64,000 nucleotides of DNA, taken from Squalus acanthias. Lineage: Eukaryota. The stretch covers positions 151,654,001 to 151,718,000 of the forward strand of contig CM059432.1 of assembly GCA_030390025.1 (NCBI GenBank), written 5' to 3'. Below, in pieces: positions 13,838-24,622 of this stretch. The notes below the pieces were generated by a model, which ran no database searches, was not told where the DNA came from, and worked only from the letters and a program-made list of their open reading frames with translations. Made by a program: the position numbers and the translations under genes. Each line of letters starts with the position of its first letter. The stretch's first letter is position 1.

Positions 13838-15319
13838 GTAAGTATATACAAGTGCTAATTCTTTACAGGCTTCATATTTTGTCTGATTGTAGTACCAGTG
13901 TGTCAATATGAAGTAACTATTGAGTACACCATTTAAAAAAAAAATGGAAGTGTACTATTTTGGTGCAATTGTAGAAATTCTGTACCACCTGACAATTTTA
14001 ATTCTGAGAGCATGTTTATAGCTGTTCATAAAGAGCATAATACTGGTATTTTATGGATGTTGTAAAGATTTCTGTGAACTTTGTGCTACAAAATTACCTT
14101 AATTGATCCTTAGTTGTGTTGCGATTATTACTGTCTGTAATTGTATCTTCAGGAAACTTGATGCAATAAATAGAATATGGCGAAGGAAATAGACTAATTT
14201 GTAAGTGCAGCAGTATGTTAATATTATACCAGTGGTATTTTCTTTTTTACAGTGCTTTGTTTTGGAATATTTCTAAGCACTTCACACAAGTGATTACTTT
14301 TGAAGTGCAATGATTGTTATGGATGCAAACATAAAATGAAGATTTAAGTATAATAGATGTGTAGCAGCCACTTAAACTTGAAATTTATGGATTACATTTA
14401 CTAAGAAAAACAGATGTGTTCCGGTCAGACAAGATGTTAACAATAAATTTGTGTGTGCTATTAGAAAATAAGTGTGGACCTGGATTTCTCTGTTGTTTAA
14501 TGTGTGTGGCAGTGATAACTGAGAATTTTGTGTATTAAGAACAATATTATTTTAATGAATACATAAAATATTATACTGTGCAAAATATAACCACTGCCTG
14601 GACAGTTGGGAATATCCCAACCAACGCTTCGGGATGTCCTAAACCAGCCAACCCCCCACCCCCCAACCCCACTCAGTCGTCCAGTACTTGAGCCAGGCTG
14701 GTGTGTATTGTTTCAAGACACTGTTGGGTGATTGATCAGCCAGCCACCCTGTCCCATTAATGAAACATGGAGAGGTAGGCCATTCACTGGCAGCTGTGAT
14801 TTTTCCGTTGAACTCCAGCTAACTCTGCAGGCTAATGCCATTAAGAATTTGGTAGTCCTGACAAGCTGAGCAGCAGTGAAAGAATTTTCAGTGCTCTATT
14901 CAGCTTTGCAGTTCTGGTTGGTTAGTCTCCAGCAGTATCCCAGCTCCAGTTGATTGGGGAGGGGCCCTTGAGCCTTGTCACTTGCCATGCTGTATCTTAA
15001 ATCTCCTGACCAAGGAAACTGGATGAATGAGTGGCCCAAGTACCGGACTACTGATGTTATCACAGAAGATTGACTTGATTCCAATCTTTAATCGTGTCAA
15101 TCTTCTGTGATAACATCAGTAGTTCAGACCCCAAAGACCCCTCTAAGAAAGGCAGTGACCAGGTTTAAAGCCAGCAGGTACCAGGAGCTTTTCATGAGTG
15201 GCATAGTGATGGGCACAGCTCAACATCCTTCTGACCACAGCAGGGATACATACCATATTCAAATAGCATTTCCACTCTCTGAACATACAGAACTTGAGCA
15301 GCAACCATTTGCCCATCTA

Positions 15320-16225
15320 AGTTTGCAGATGACACGAAGTTAGGAGGCACAGTAAATTGTGTGGATTGGAGCAGGAAGCTAAAATGGGACATAGACATTA
15401 ACTGAGAGGACAAAACTATTGCAGATGGAGTTCAATGTGGGGAAGTGCGAGGTCATCCACTTTGGATCTGAGAAAGACAATCGGAATATTTTCTTAATGG
15501 TGCGAGACTAAGAGCTATGGAGGAGCAGAGATTTAAGTGCCAATGTACACAAATCATGAAAAACCTAGTGTACAGGTACAAAAATTAATCAAAAAGGCTA
15601 ATTGAATGTTGGCCATTATCTCAAGGGGGTTGGAGTACAACAGTGAGGAAGTGATGCTTCACTGTACAGAGACCTGGTCAGATCTCATCTGGACTGCTGT
15701 GTTCAGTTTTTAGCACTGAACCTCAGGAAATAAATATTGGTCTTGGAGGGGGTACAGTGCAGATTCACCAGAATGATGCCAGGTCTTAAAAGGGTTAAAT
15801 TGAGAACAGGTTGCATAAACTTGGCATGTATTCCCTTGAGTAAAGAAGGTAATGGGTGATCTGATTGAGGTGCTTCAAATGATAAAAGGAATCGATAGGG
15901 TAGATCGAGAAATAACTTCCTCTGGTGAGGGAATCCAGAACAAGAGGGTATAATCTTAAAATTAGAGCTGGGCCATTTAGGAGTGAAATCAGGGAGGACA
16001 TGTTCATACAAAAGGTAGTGGAAATCTGGAACTCATTCCCTGAAAAGGTTACGGATGCTGGGTCAATTGAAATTTTCAAAACTGAGGTTGATAATTTATT
16101 GTTCGGTGAGGGGATCAATGGCAGGTAAATGGAGTTGAGGTACAGATCAGCCATGATCTAAATGAATTGCAGAAGAGGCTCGAGGGACCGAATTGCCTCC
16201 TCGTGTTCCTCCATTCCTATGTTAG
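15320..16225 (+). mobile_element. Decayed CR1 LINE 3' portion
   Basis: KFADDTK remnant at about 15320; ORF ESRTRGYNLKIRAGPFRSEI; CR1 3' tail. Confidence 0.9.
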
Positions 16226-16454
16226 ATGTGTTCATACAGAGAAAGTGTATGCACTGTAGCAGTTGTTAATTTTTTCGCAGAGTGTATATTTATTGGGTGG
16301 CTTTTGATGCTTTTCCCGATTGAGACATCTGTTAATTAATGAAGTGTTGCTTATTAGCTTTTATTGTTTCTCCGAGAATCATGTTTAAATGCAAAAGCGG
16401 TTCAAGATCAGACTTAGCTGGATTACTTTTATTACTTTTTAAATACTTGTACTT

Positions 16455-16592
16455 GAAGAGGACTAATTTGCAGGGTTATGGAGAAAAAGCTGGGGTGTGG
16501 GACTAAATTTGACAGCTCTTTCAAAGAGCCGGCACAGGCATGACTGGCCAAATAGCCTCCTTATGTGCGAAAAGATGCTATGATTCTATGAC
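16455..16592 (+). mobile_element. CR1 3'-tail fragment
   Basis: ggttatggagaaaaagc...ggccaaatagcctcc...ctatgattctatg. Confidence 0.7.
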
Positions 16593-17424
16593 TTTATTAC
16601 TATTTAAATAAATGCATTCTGGAACTGACATTTTAAGCCAAGTTGTTTTTGCAGAATTGTGAGTGGTAGTTTATAGTTTGGGGGAGTGGTGGGAGGGGAA
16701 CCAACAGGGATAGTGTTTGTGGTGACACCAGTATTGATTCCAGATCTACTAACACTGTAGGTGTTTGCAGTCTAACTGTACAGACTATTGAAAGTAGTAA
16801 TTCTGGTTTCAGAAAACCTGAAAGTTGCTCCATGGGTTTTAATAAAAGTTATGTGATGTGGGGTACTCCTGTTTCACATGTCAAAGCTGAATGGCGCAAT
16901 CTCCTGAAGTTCAGTGATTTGTTGAGTCTGTTTTCATCACCAGCGGTGCCAAAAATCAGAAAATTGCCAGTCAGCTTTCTTGTACCAGAAAAGAACTTTT
17001 GCTACCAATTTACTGCAATCAGATTTCTGCATGAGTCATCTTATTGTGTAAATATGTAATCATCAAAGACCCTGGATGAAGATTAGTTGTTTACAAAATG
17101 GCACTCTGAAAATTCTGATGTCAGTTGGTTATGGGCAACGAGTATAATGAAGGAAACCAACACAGTTTTCTAGATCTTTGAGTGGAAGATTGCTTGGCCT
17201 TAAAGTGGAGGCAGCGTCCGAAAGTTTTTTCTTTTTGATAGATTCAAAATAAACTTGTTAATCATTGCAAATGAGAGAAATGTGATGTGTACAAAAGTGA
17301 AGTGGTCAGTGGGTACTCCAAAACTACTGTTCTAAATGAAAAGTTTTCAGGCGATGTTGGAATTGGCTTGAAATTAACTGGAGATGTTACTGCCAACTTA
17401 ATTGAAGATGTTCTCGAGGTTTCA

Positions 17425-18322
17425 TCAGGAAAAATCAGAGAGCAAGTTATTATCTTAATGGCGAGAAACTGGAAAGTACTGCAGTTCAAAGGGATCTGGG
17501 GGTCTTGGTGCAAGAAAATCAAAAAGTTAGTATGCAGGTGCAGCAGGTGATCAAGAAAGCCGATGGAATGTTGGCTTTTATTGCTAGGGGGATAGAATAT
17601 AAAAACAGGGAGGTATTGCTGCAGTTGTATAGGGTATTGGTGAGACCGCACCTGGAGTACTGCACACAGTTTTGGTGTCCATACTTAAGAAAAGACATAC
17701 TTGCTCTCGAGGCAGTACAAAGAAGGTTCACTCGGTTAATTCCGGGGATGAGGGGGTGGACATACGAGGAGAGGTTGAGTAGATTGGGACTCTACTCATT
17801 GGAGTTCAGAAGAATGAGAGGCGATCTTATTGAAACATATAAGATTGTGAAGGGGCTTGATCGGGTGGACGCGGTGAGGATGTTCCCAATGATGGGTGAA
17901 ACTAGAACTAGGGGACATAATCTTAGAATAAGGGGCTGCTCTTTCAAAACTGAGATGAGGAGAAACTTTTTCACTCAGAGGGTAGTGGGTCTGTGAAATT
18001 TGCTACCCCAGGAAGCTGTGGAAGCTACTTCATTAAATAAATTTAAAACAGAAATAGACCGTTTCCTAGAAGTAAAGGGTATCCGGGGTTACGGGGAGCG
18101 GGCTGGAAATTGGACATGAGTTTGAGTTCGGATCGGTCAAGGCCCTGTGGGTGGCGGAGCGGGCCCAGGGGCCGAGTGGCCTGGTCCTGCTCCTGCTTCT
18201 TGTGTTCTTTAGAGTTGAGGTTGGATCAGATCAGCTATGATCTCATTGAATGGCGGAGCAGGCTCGAGGGGCCGATTGGTCTACTCCTGCTCCTATTTCT
18301 TATGTTCTTATTTCTTATGTTC
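17425..18322 (+). mobile_element. CR1 LINE 3' portion with a doubled 3' tail
   Basis: ORF 17505-17996; two successive hairpin-tail modules at 18110-18322; same subfamily as 35133-35852. Confidence 0.93.
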
Positions 18323-18495
18323 ATCAAGAGACATTGTGAGGGCAAGCACTTTGATGACACAGCTTCCATTTTCACAATGGATTACAGGCTACCACCAGAT
18401 AAAGCCAGCTATTGGTTTTGTATATATATATTGTGTAGAAATCTCATTGTTGCTTAAGGAATTGAGCAAAGAGTAATTCAAAATGCTATTAGTCC

Positions 18496-19501
18496 TTGAG
18501 TCAGCTGTGGCTCAATGGTAGCATTCTCGCCTCTGAGTCAAGAGGCAACAAGCGCAGGTCAGAGGCTGGGTATTCTGCGGCGAGTGTCTCACCTACTGAC
18601 TCCCCAAAGCCTTTCCACTATCTACAAGGCACAAGTAAGGAGTGTGATGGAATACTCTCCACTTGCCTGGATGAGTGCAGCTCCAACAACACTCAAGAAG
18701 CTCGACACCATCCAGGACAAAGCAGCCCACTTGATTGGCACCCCATCCACCACCTTAAATATTCACTCCCTCCACCACCAGTGCACCGTGGCTGCAGTGT
18801 GTACCATCTACAAGATGCACTGCAGCAACTCGCCAAGGCTTATCTGGCAAACCTGCGACCTCTACCACCTAGAAGGACAAGGGCAGCAGGCGCATGGGAA
18901 CACCACCACCTGCGAGTTCCCCTCCAAGTCACACACCATCCTGACTTGGAAGTATATCGCCGATCCTTCATCGTCGCTGGGTCAAAATCCTGGAACTCCC
19001 TCCCTAACAGCACTGTGGGAGTACCTTCACCACACGAACTGCAGCAATTCAAGAAGGTGGCTCACCATCACCTTCTCAAGGGCAACTAGGGATGGACAAT
19101 AAATGCTGGCCTTGCCAGCGACGCCCACATCCCATGAACGAATAAAAAATAAGGTTGTGGGTTCAAGTCCCACTCCAGCGGCTTGAGCACAGTACAGTGC
19201 TGAAGGAGTCTTTCAGATGAGACTATCTTCCCTTTATCAGGTGAACGTAAAAAGGCACTATTTCGAAGAAGAGCAGGGGAGTTTTCCCTGGTGTCCTAAC
19301 CAATATTTAGCCCTCAACCAACACCTAAAAAGAGATGATCTGGTCGTATATGTGGGACCTTGCTGTGCGCAAATTGGTTGCGGCGTTTCTGACATTACTA
19401 CAGTGACTACACTTCAAAAGTTCTACATTGGCTGTAAAGTGCTTTGGAACGTCCTGAGGCCATGAAAAGGGGCTATATAAAAGCAAGTCTTTTTCTTTTT
19501 T
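18496..19501 (+). mobile_element. tRNA-derived DeuSINE (SacSINE1-like), split by a LINE insertion between box A and box B
   Basis: Head gtggctcaatggtagc (box A) resumes after the insert as aaggttgtgggttcaagtcc (box B); body ggcactatttcgaagaagagcagggg; tail ggctatataaaagcaagtcttt. Confidence 0.85.
18541..19150 (+). mobile_element. CR1-clade LINE 3' fragment (second family; tail gcgacgcccacatcccatgaacgaataaaaaa)
   Basis: ORF ...LSTIYKAQVRSVMEYSPLAW...; same family as 56520-58682 and 62676-62928. Confidence 0.9.
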
Positions 19502-19544
19502 AAGTGCAATCATGCAAGCAGAACAACCCCTATAAGGTGACTGT

Positions 19545-20540
19545 ACCCAACTGAAATCCTCTGTTCACAATTTACATTAATGACCTGGATCAGGGAGTCG
19601 GATGCAGCATTTCCAAATTTGCAGACGACACTAAACTAGGAGGGGGGGTGGGCTCAGAGGAGGAGACCAGGAAGCTCCAGAGCGATTTGGACAGACTGGG
19701 TGATTGGGCGGATAAATGGCAGATGCACTATAATGTGGACAAGTGCGAAGTTATCCACCTTGGGTGCAGGAACGGGAGGGCAAATTATTATTTAAATGGC
19801 AATAAATTGGGAGAGGGGGAAGTACAGAGAGACCTGGGTGTTCTTGTACACCAGTCACTGAAGGCGAGCATGCAGGTGCAACAGGCGGTCAAGAAGGCAA
19901 ACGGTATGCTGGCCTTCATAGCAAAAGGGTTGGAATACAGGAACAGGGATACCTTGCTGCAGCTGTACAGGGCACTGGTGAGACCACACCTCGAGTACTG
20001 TGTACAGTTTTGGTCGCCTCATCTGAGGAAAGATGTTCTTGCCATGGAGGGGGTGCAGCGGCGATTCACCAGGCTGATACCAGGAATGGCGGGATTGACC
20101 TATGAGGAGAGACTATGTAGTTTAGGGATGTACACACTGGAGTTTAGAAGATTGAGAGGGGACCTCATAGAAGTGTATAAAATTCTGACAGGTCTAGACA
20201 GACTAGATGCAGAAGGAATGTTTCCCTTGGCGGGTGAGAACAGAACTAGAGGACATAATTTAAGGATAAGGGCTAAACCATTTAGGACAGAAATGAGGGG
20301 GAATTTCTTCACTCAGAGGGTGGTGAACCTGTGGAACTCATTGCCACAGAGGGCAGTGTACGCCAGCTCATTAAATATATTTAAGAGGGAATTAGATATA
20401 TTTCTACAGGCAAAAGGGGTTAAGGGTTACGGAGAGAAGGCGGGGACGGGATACTGAATTGGAGGATCAGCCATGATCTCATTAAATGGCGGAGCAGGCT
20501 CAAAGGGCCGGATGGCCTACTCCTGCTCCTATCTTCTATG
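19545..20540 (+). mobile_element. Young CR1 LINE 3' portion with an open ORF2 end
   Basis: Uninterrupted 269-aa ORF 19648-20457 preceded by SKFADDTK; tail (tctatgta)n. Confidence 0.95.
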
Positions 20541-20736
20541 TATCTATGTATCTATGTTATGGGAGGAAAATTCCTGACTCCTAGAGGAAACTAGAATGTT
20601 TGAAGAATTGCACAAGCCAGAAGTGGAGAATGTGTGCAGCAAGCTAATTATGATCATTTCAAAGCTCCGGGAGATCCTTGGACGGAAGATTGCCCTTTAA
20701 GTCTGTCTTGTAAAGAATATGAACTTATCCAAGCAA

Positions 20737-20952
20737 ACATAGAAACATAGAAGATAGGAGCAGGAGTAGGCCATTTGGCCCCTCGAGCCTGTTCCGCCAT
20801 TTATTGAGATCATGGCTGATCATCCAAATTCAGAACCCTGTCCCTGCTTTCTCCCCATATCCCTTGGTCCCTTTAGCCTTAAGAAATATATCTAACTCCT
20901 TCTTGAATATATTTAATGAATTGGCCTCAACTGCCTTGTGTGGTAGAGAACC
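20737..20952 (-). mobile_element. CR1 3'-tail fragment, tail-to-tail with the 19545-20540 copy
   Basis: aacatagaaacatagaagataggagcaggagtaggcc... Confidence 0.85.
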
Positions 20953-21084
20953 AAACGAGGATCCATGGATGCAATGAAAATAATTTTAGTTGACATCCAG
21001 AATTTAATCACAGGGAAATCACTTCGAAGGATATTTCAGGAGACAACTGCCTGAAGCTGAACTCTCCATTTTAACAGTGGTACA

Positions 21085-21172
21085 GCAATAATTTGCATGA
21101 ATATCATGCCTTTAATGTAGCAAAACGTCCCAAGGCGCTTCACAGGAGCGTAATCAGACAAAAATTGACACT
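21085..21172 (-). mobile_element. DeuSINE-like 3' tail fragment
   Basis: aatttgcatgaatatcatgcctttaatgtagcaaaacgtcccaaggcgcttcacag. Confidence 0.55.
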
Positions 21173-21642
21173 AACTCTTCTACATAGCTACAGTGCTCCG
21201 AAGTGATGCAAGCATTCAGACTCTAATGTAGGTGTCTAATTTGCCATATCCACGAAATATTATCAGCAATGATAGCCGAGAACCCAGAACATACACAAAG
21301 TTGGAATAAATTCTAATGAAGGCAACATTTAGTGATGGTGACAATGGAAATCTGCTGTCATGTTCTCCAGAAATCAACTGCGACCAATTTCAGATACATA
21401 TTTTGCTATTGGAGAAGAACATCTATGAAAATAAATAATTTACTAAATGGTAAGATAAGCCAGTTTGCTTCATAAAAAAGTTGAGACAACTGCTCATCAT
21501 CGTTTCCACAGCAAAGCTGAAGTCGACAAACTTTCAAACGTCTGCAACCATAACTATGAAGCAGCGATGAATGAATGAAATAAAAACAGAAAATGCTGGA
21601 AATACTCAGCAGGTCAGGCAGCATCTGTGGAGAGAGAAACAG

Positions 21643-21679
21643 AGTTAACGTTTCAGGTCGATGACCCTTCGTCAGAACT
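21643..21679 (-). ncRNA. Minimal type-I hammerhead ribozyme motif (intact)
   Basis: Reverse complement reads agtt-CTGACGA-a-gggtc(atc)gacct-GAA-ACGT-T-aact: stem I agtt/aact, stem II, palindromic mini stem III. Confidence 0.8.
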
Positions 21680-21888
21680 GGAAAAAGCTGGAGAGGAGTC
21701 TGGAGCCATCTTTTGTTTCTTAACTTGTCCCATTACCATCGCCTTTTGCCTTGCACCATCTCTTAATCTCTCTTTATCTCTCCTGCCTTCCATCCTATCA
21801 CAGACCTTCCCTTTTGTTCTTTCCTCCCCTTCCCCCGTTCCCTGCCCCTGCACTTGCTTAAAAACCTGTTTCATCGCCAGCTTTTTCC

Positions 21889-21925
21889 AGTTCTGACGAA
21901 GGGTCATCGACCTGAAACATTAACT
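21889..21925 (+). ncRNA. Minimal hammerhead motif with a mutated stem III palindrome (ACAT)
   Basis: agtt-CTGACGA-a-gggtc(atc)gacct-GAA-ACAT-T-aact. Confidence 0.7.
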
Positions 21926-22490
21926 CTGTTTCTCTCTCCACAGATGCTGCTTGACCTGCTGAGTATTTCCAGCATTTTCTGTTTTTATATCAGATTTCCA
22001 GTATCCGCAGTATTTTACTTTTGTATTAATGAATGAATGAATGTGGTGCTGCATATTCGCCAAGAGTATTTTAGTGCACTCAGGCACAAGAGTTTGTTAG
22101 TAAATTTGACGTGAGGAAAAGGCTTTTTGGGAAGTTTTAACTAGAAGGTTAGCTGCATTTGAATCTTGATTTGTTAACATTATAAGATTTCTGGAAAATT
22201 GGAAGCTCTACATGGATATGGTGAATTAGATACTCGGCAGTAGTTTGTAGTAAGCATTAACATCAGTTGGATATTGCTTCTATAAATGAAGGTTGATTTT
22301 ATGTATTTGTTGCTGCAAGGCAAGTAGGTGTCTTAAATTGTAACCCGAGAGCTCATGTATGTCGGACATTTTAAGAGTCACAGCTAGGTCATAGAAATTT
22401 AATGATGCGGAGATGCCGGTGTTGGACTGGGGTGGACAAAATTGAGAAGTCGCACAACACCAGGTTATAGTCCAACAGTTTTATTTGAAA

Positions 22491-22528
22491 TCACAAGCTT
22501 TCGGAGTTATTGCTCCTTCGTCGGGTGA
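22491..22528 (-). ncRNA. Minimal hammerhead ribozyme motif (U4C core variant)
   Basis: Reverse complement reads tcac-CCGACGA-a-ggag(caataa)ctcc-GAA-AGCT-T-gtga. Confidence 0.75.
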
Positions 22529-22839
22529 AGTAAAGAGATACAGAATCGCCAAAGCATATATAGATAGAGAACAATGCATGTGTACCTTACAATGGCAGAC
22601 AACTAAATTTAATCATCCTGACTGTTTATCTGCCGAGGTGTGACAAAAGGCAATCAGGTCAGCCAGGAACTTACCACATCAAAGACATAGCAAGATACAA
22701 CTGAGACAATGAGGTGGAGTCACAGGGGGTCTAACGTGTCAAAAGCTGCAGTCTGTATGTAAAACGATAAACTTTAACATTTTTACTTTTTTACTGGGAA
22801 TCACATCTGTGAACAAGCCAACGACGACTCGAGTCCGGA

Positions 22840-24622
22840 TCACGTCATGTATCGTGACATAAACCCAAGATCCCGGTTGAGACCGTCCTCATGAGTGCGG
22901 AACTTGGCTATCAGTTTCTGCTCGATGATTTTGCGTTGTCGTGTGTTCCTAAGGCCGCCTTGGAGAACGCTTACCCGCAGATCCGAGGCTGAATGTCCTT
23001 GACTGCTGAAGTGTTCCCCGACTGGGAGGGAACACTCCTGCCTGGTGATCGTTGCGCGGTGTCCGTTCATACGTTGTCTCAGTGTCTGCATGGTCTCGCC
23101 GATGTACCATGCCGCGGTGCATTCTTTCCTGCAACGTATCAGGTAGACAACGTTGGCCGAGTCACATGAGTATGTACCATGTACCTGGTGGGTAGTGTCC
23201 TCACGTGTGATGATGGTATCTGTGTTGATGATCTGGCATGTCTTGCAGAGGTTGCCGTGGCAGGGTTGTGTGGTGTCGTGGTCGCTGTTATCCTGAAAGC
23301 TGGGTAATTTGCTGCGAACGATGGTACTTCTGAGGTTAGGCGGCTGTTTGAAGGCAAGTAGTGGAGGCGTGGGGATGGCCTTAGCGAGGTGTTCGTCGTC
23401 ATCGATGACCTGTTGAAGGCTGCGAAGAACATGGCGTAGTTTCTCCGCTCCGGGGAAGTACTGGACGACGTAGGGTACCCTGTTGGTTGTGTCCTGTGTT
23501 TGCTTTCTGAGGAGGTCTATGCGATTTTTCGCTGTGGCCCGTCGGAACTGTCGATCGATGAGTCGAGCGTCATATCCCGTTCTTACGAGGGCGTTTTTCA
23601 GCGTCCGTAGGTGTCCATCGCGTTCCTCCTCGTCTGAGCAGATCCTGTGTATTCGCAGGGCTTGTCCATAGGGGATGGCTTCTTTAACGTGGTTAGGGTG
23701 GAAGCTGGAGAAGTGGAGCATCGTGAGGTTGTCCGTGGGCTTGCGGTAGAGTGAAGTGCTGAGGTGTCCGTCTTTGATGGAGATTCGTGTGTCCAGGAAT
23801 GAAACCGATTCTGAGGAGTCGTCCATGGTGAATTTGATGGTGGGATGGAACTTGTTGATGTTATCGTGTAGTCTTTTCAGTGATCCTTCGCCATGGGTCC
23901 AAAGGAAGAAAATGTCGTCGATGTATCTGGTGTACAGCGTTGGCTGGAGGTCCTGTGCAGCGAAGAAGTCTTGCTCGAACTTGTGCATGAAGATGTTGGC
24001 GTATTGGGGTGCGAATTTGGTCCCCATGGCTGTTCCGTGTGTTTGGGTAAAAAAAATGGTTGTCGAAGGTGAAGACATTGTGGTCAAGGATGAAGCGGAT
24101 GAGTTGTAGGATGGCGTCTGGAGATTGGCTGTTGTTGGTGTTGAGTACTGAGGCTGTCGCAGCGATGCCGTCATCGTTGGGGATACTGGTGTAGAGTGCT
24201 GATACGTCCATCGTGGCGAGGAGTGTTCCTGGTTCAACTGGTCCGTGGGTGCTGAGTTTCTGTAAGAAGTCTGTAGTGTCGCGACAGAAGCTGGGGGTTC
24301 CCTGTACGATGGGTTTCAGAATGCCCTCGACGTATCCAGAGAGGTTCTCACACAGGGTTCCGTTGCCTGATACGATAGGACGTCCGGGTGTGTTGGCTTT
24401 GTGTATCTTTGGGAGGCAGTAGAAGTCTCCCACGCGGGGAGTACGTGGGTTGAGAGCGCGTAGGATGTTTTGAAGGTCTGGATCGAAGGTCTTGATCAGT
24501 CCATTGAGTTGGTGGGTGTGTTCTTTGGTCGGATCTGCGGGTAGCTGTCTGTAGTGTTCCTGGTTGTCCAGTTGTCGGTATGCTTCTTTACAATAGTCCA
24601 TTCTGTTCTGTATGACGATGGC
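22840..24622 (-). pseudogene. Penelope RT/GIY-YIG ORF, 5'-truncated, with one frameshift at a T8 run (about 24049-24056)
   Basis: ORFs 23861-24601 (FYCLPKIHK..PGRPIVS, MDVSALYTSIP) and 22840-24237 (GTAMG, RYIDD, GIY-YIG) join at NHFF/TQTHG. Confidence 0.93.

Larger units (their letters stand above)
21576..22028. mobile_element. Miniature inverted Penelope (family B) made of two opposed 3' ends
   Basis: Minus arm 21576-about 21697 is the reverse complement of about 21872-21992; 13-bp TSD atgaatgaatgaa at 21567-21579 and 22029-22041; 36-nt extra tail 21993-22028; homologous to the 3' end of 62239-64000. Confidence 0.9.

Noticed and set aside
21576..22028. DNA-transposon MITE with long TIRs
   Set aside because: The inverted ends are Penelope 3' termini (they match the 62239 element) with an asymmetric tail and hammerheads
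22840..24237. 465-aa ORF as an intact Penelope protein
   Set aside because: The N-terminal ~60 residues are out-of-frame sequence upstream of the T8 frameshift, and the element is 5'-truncated
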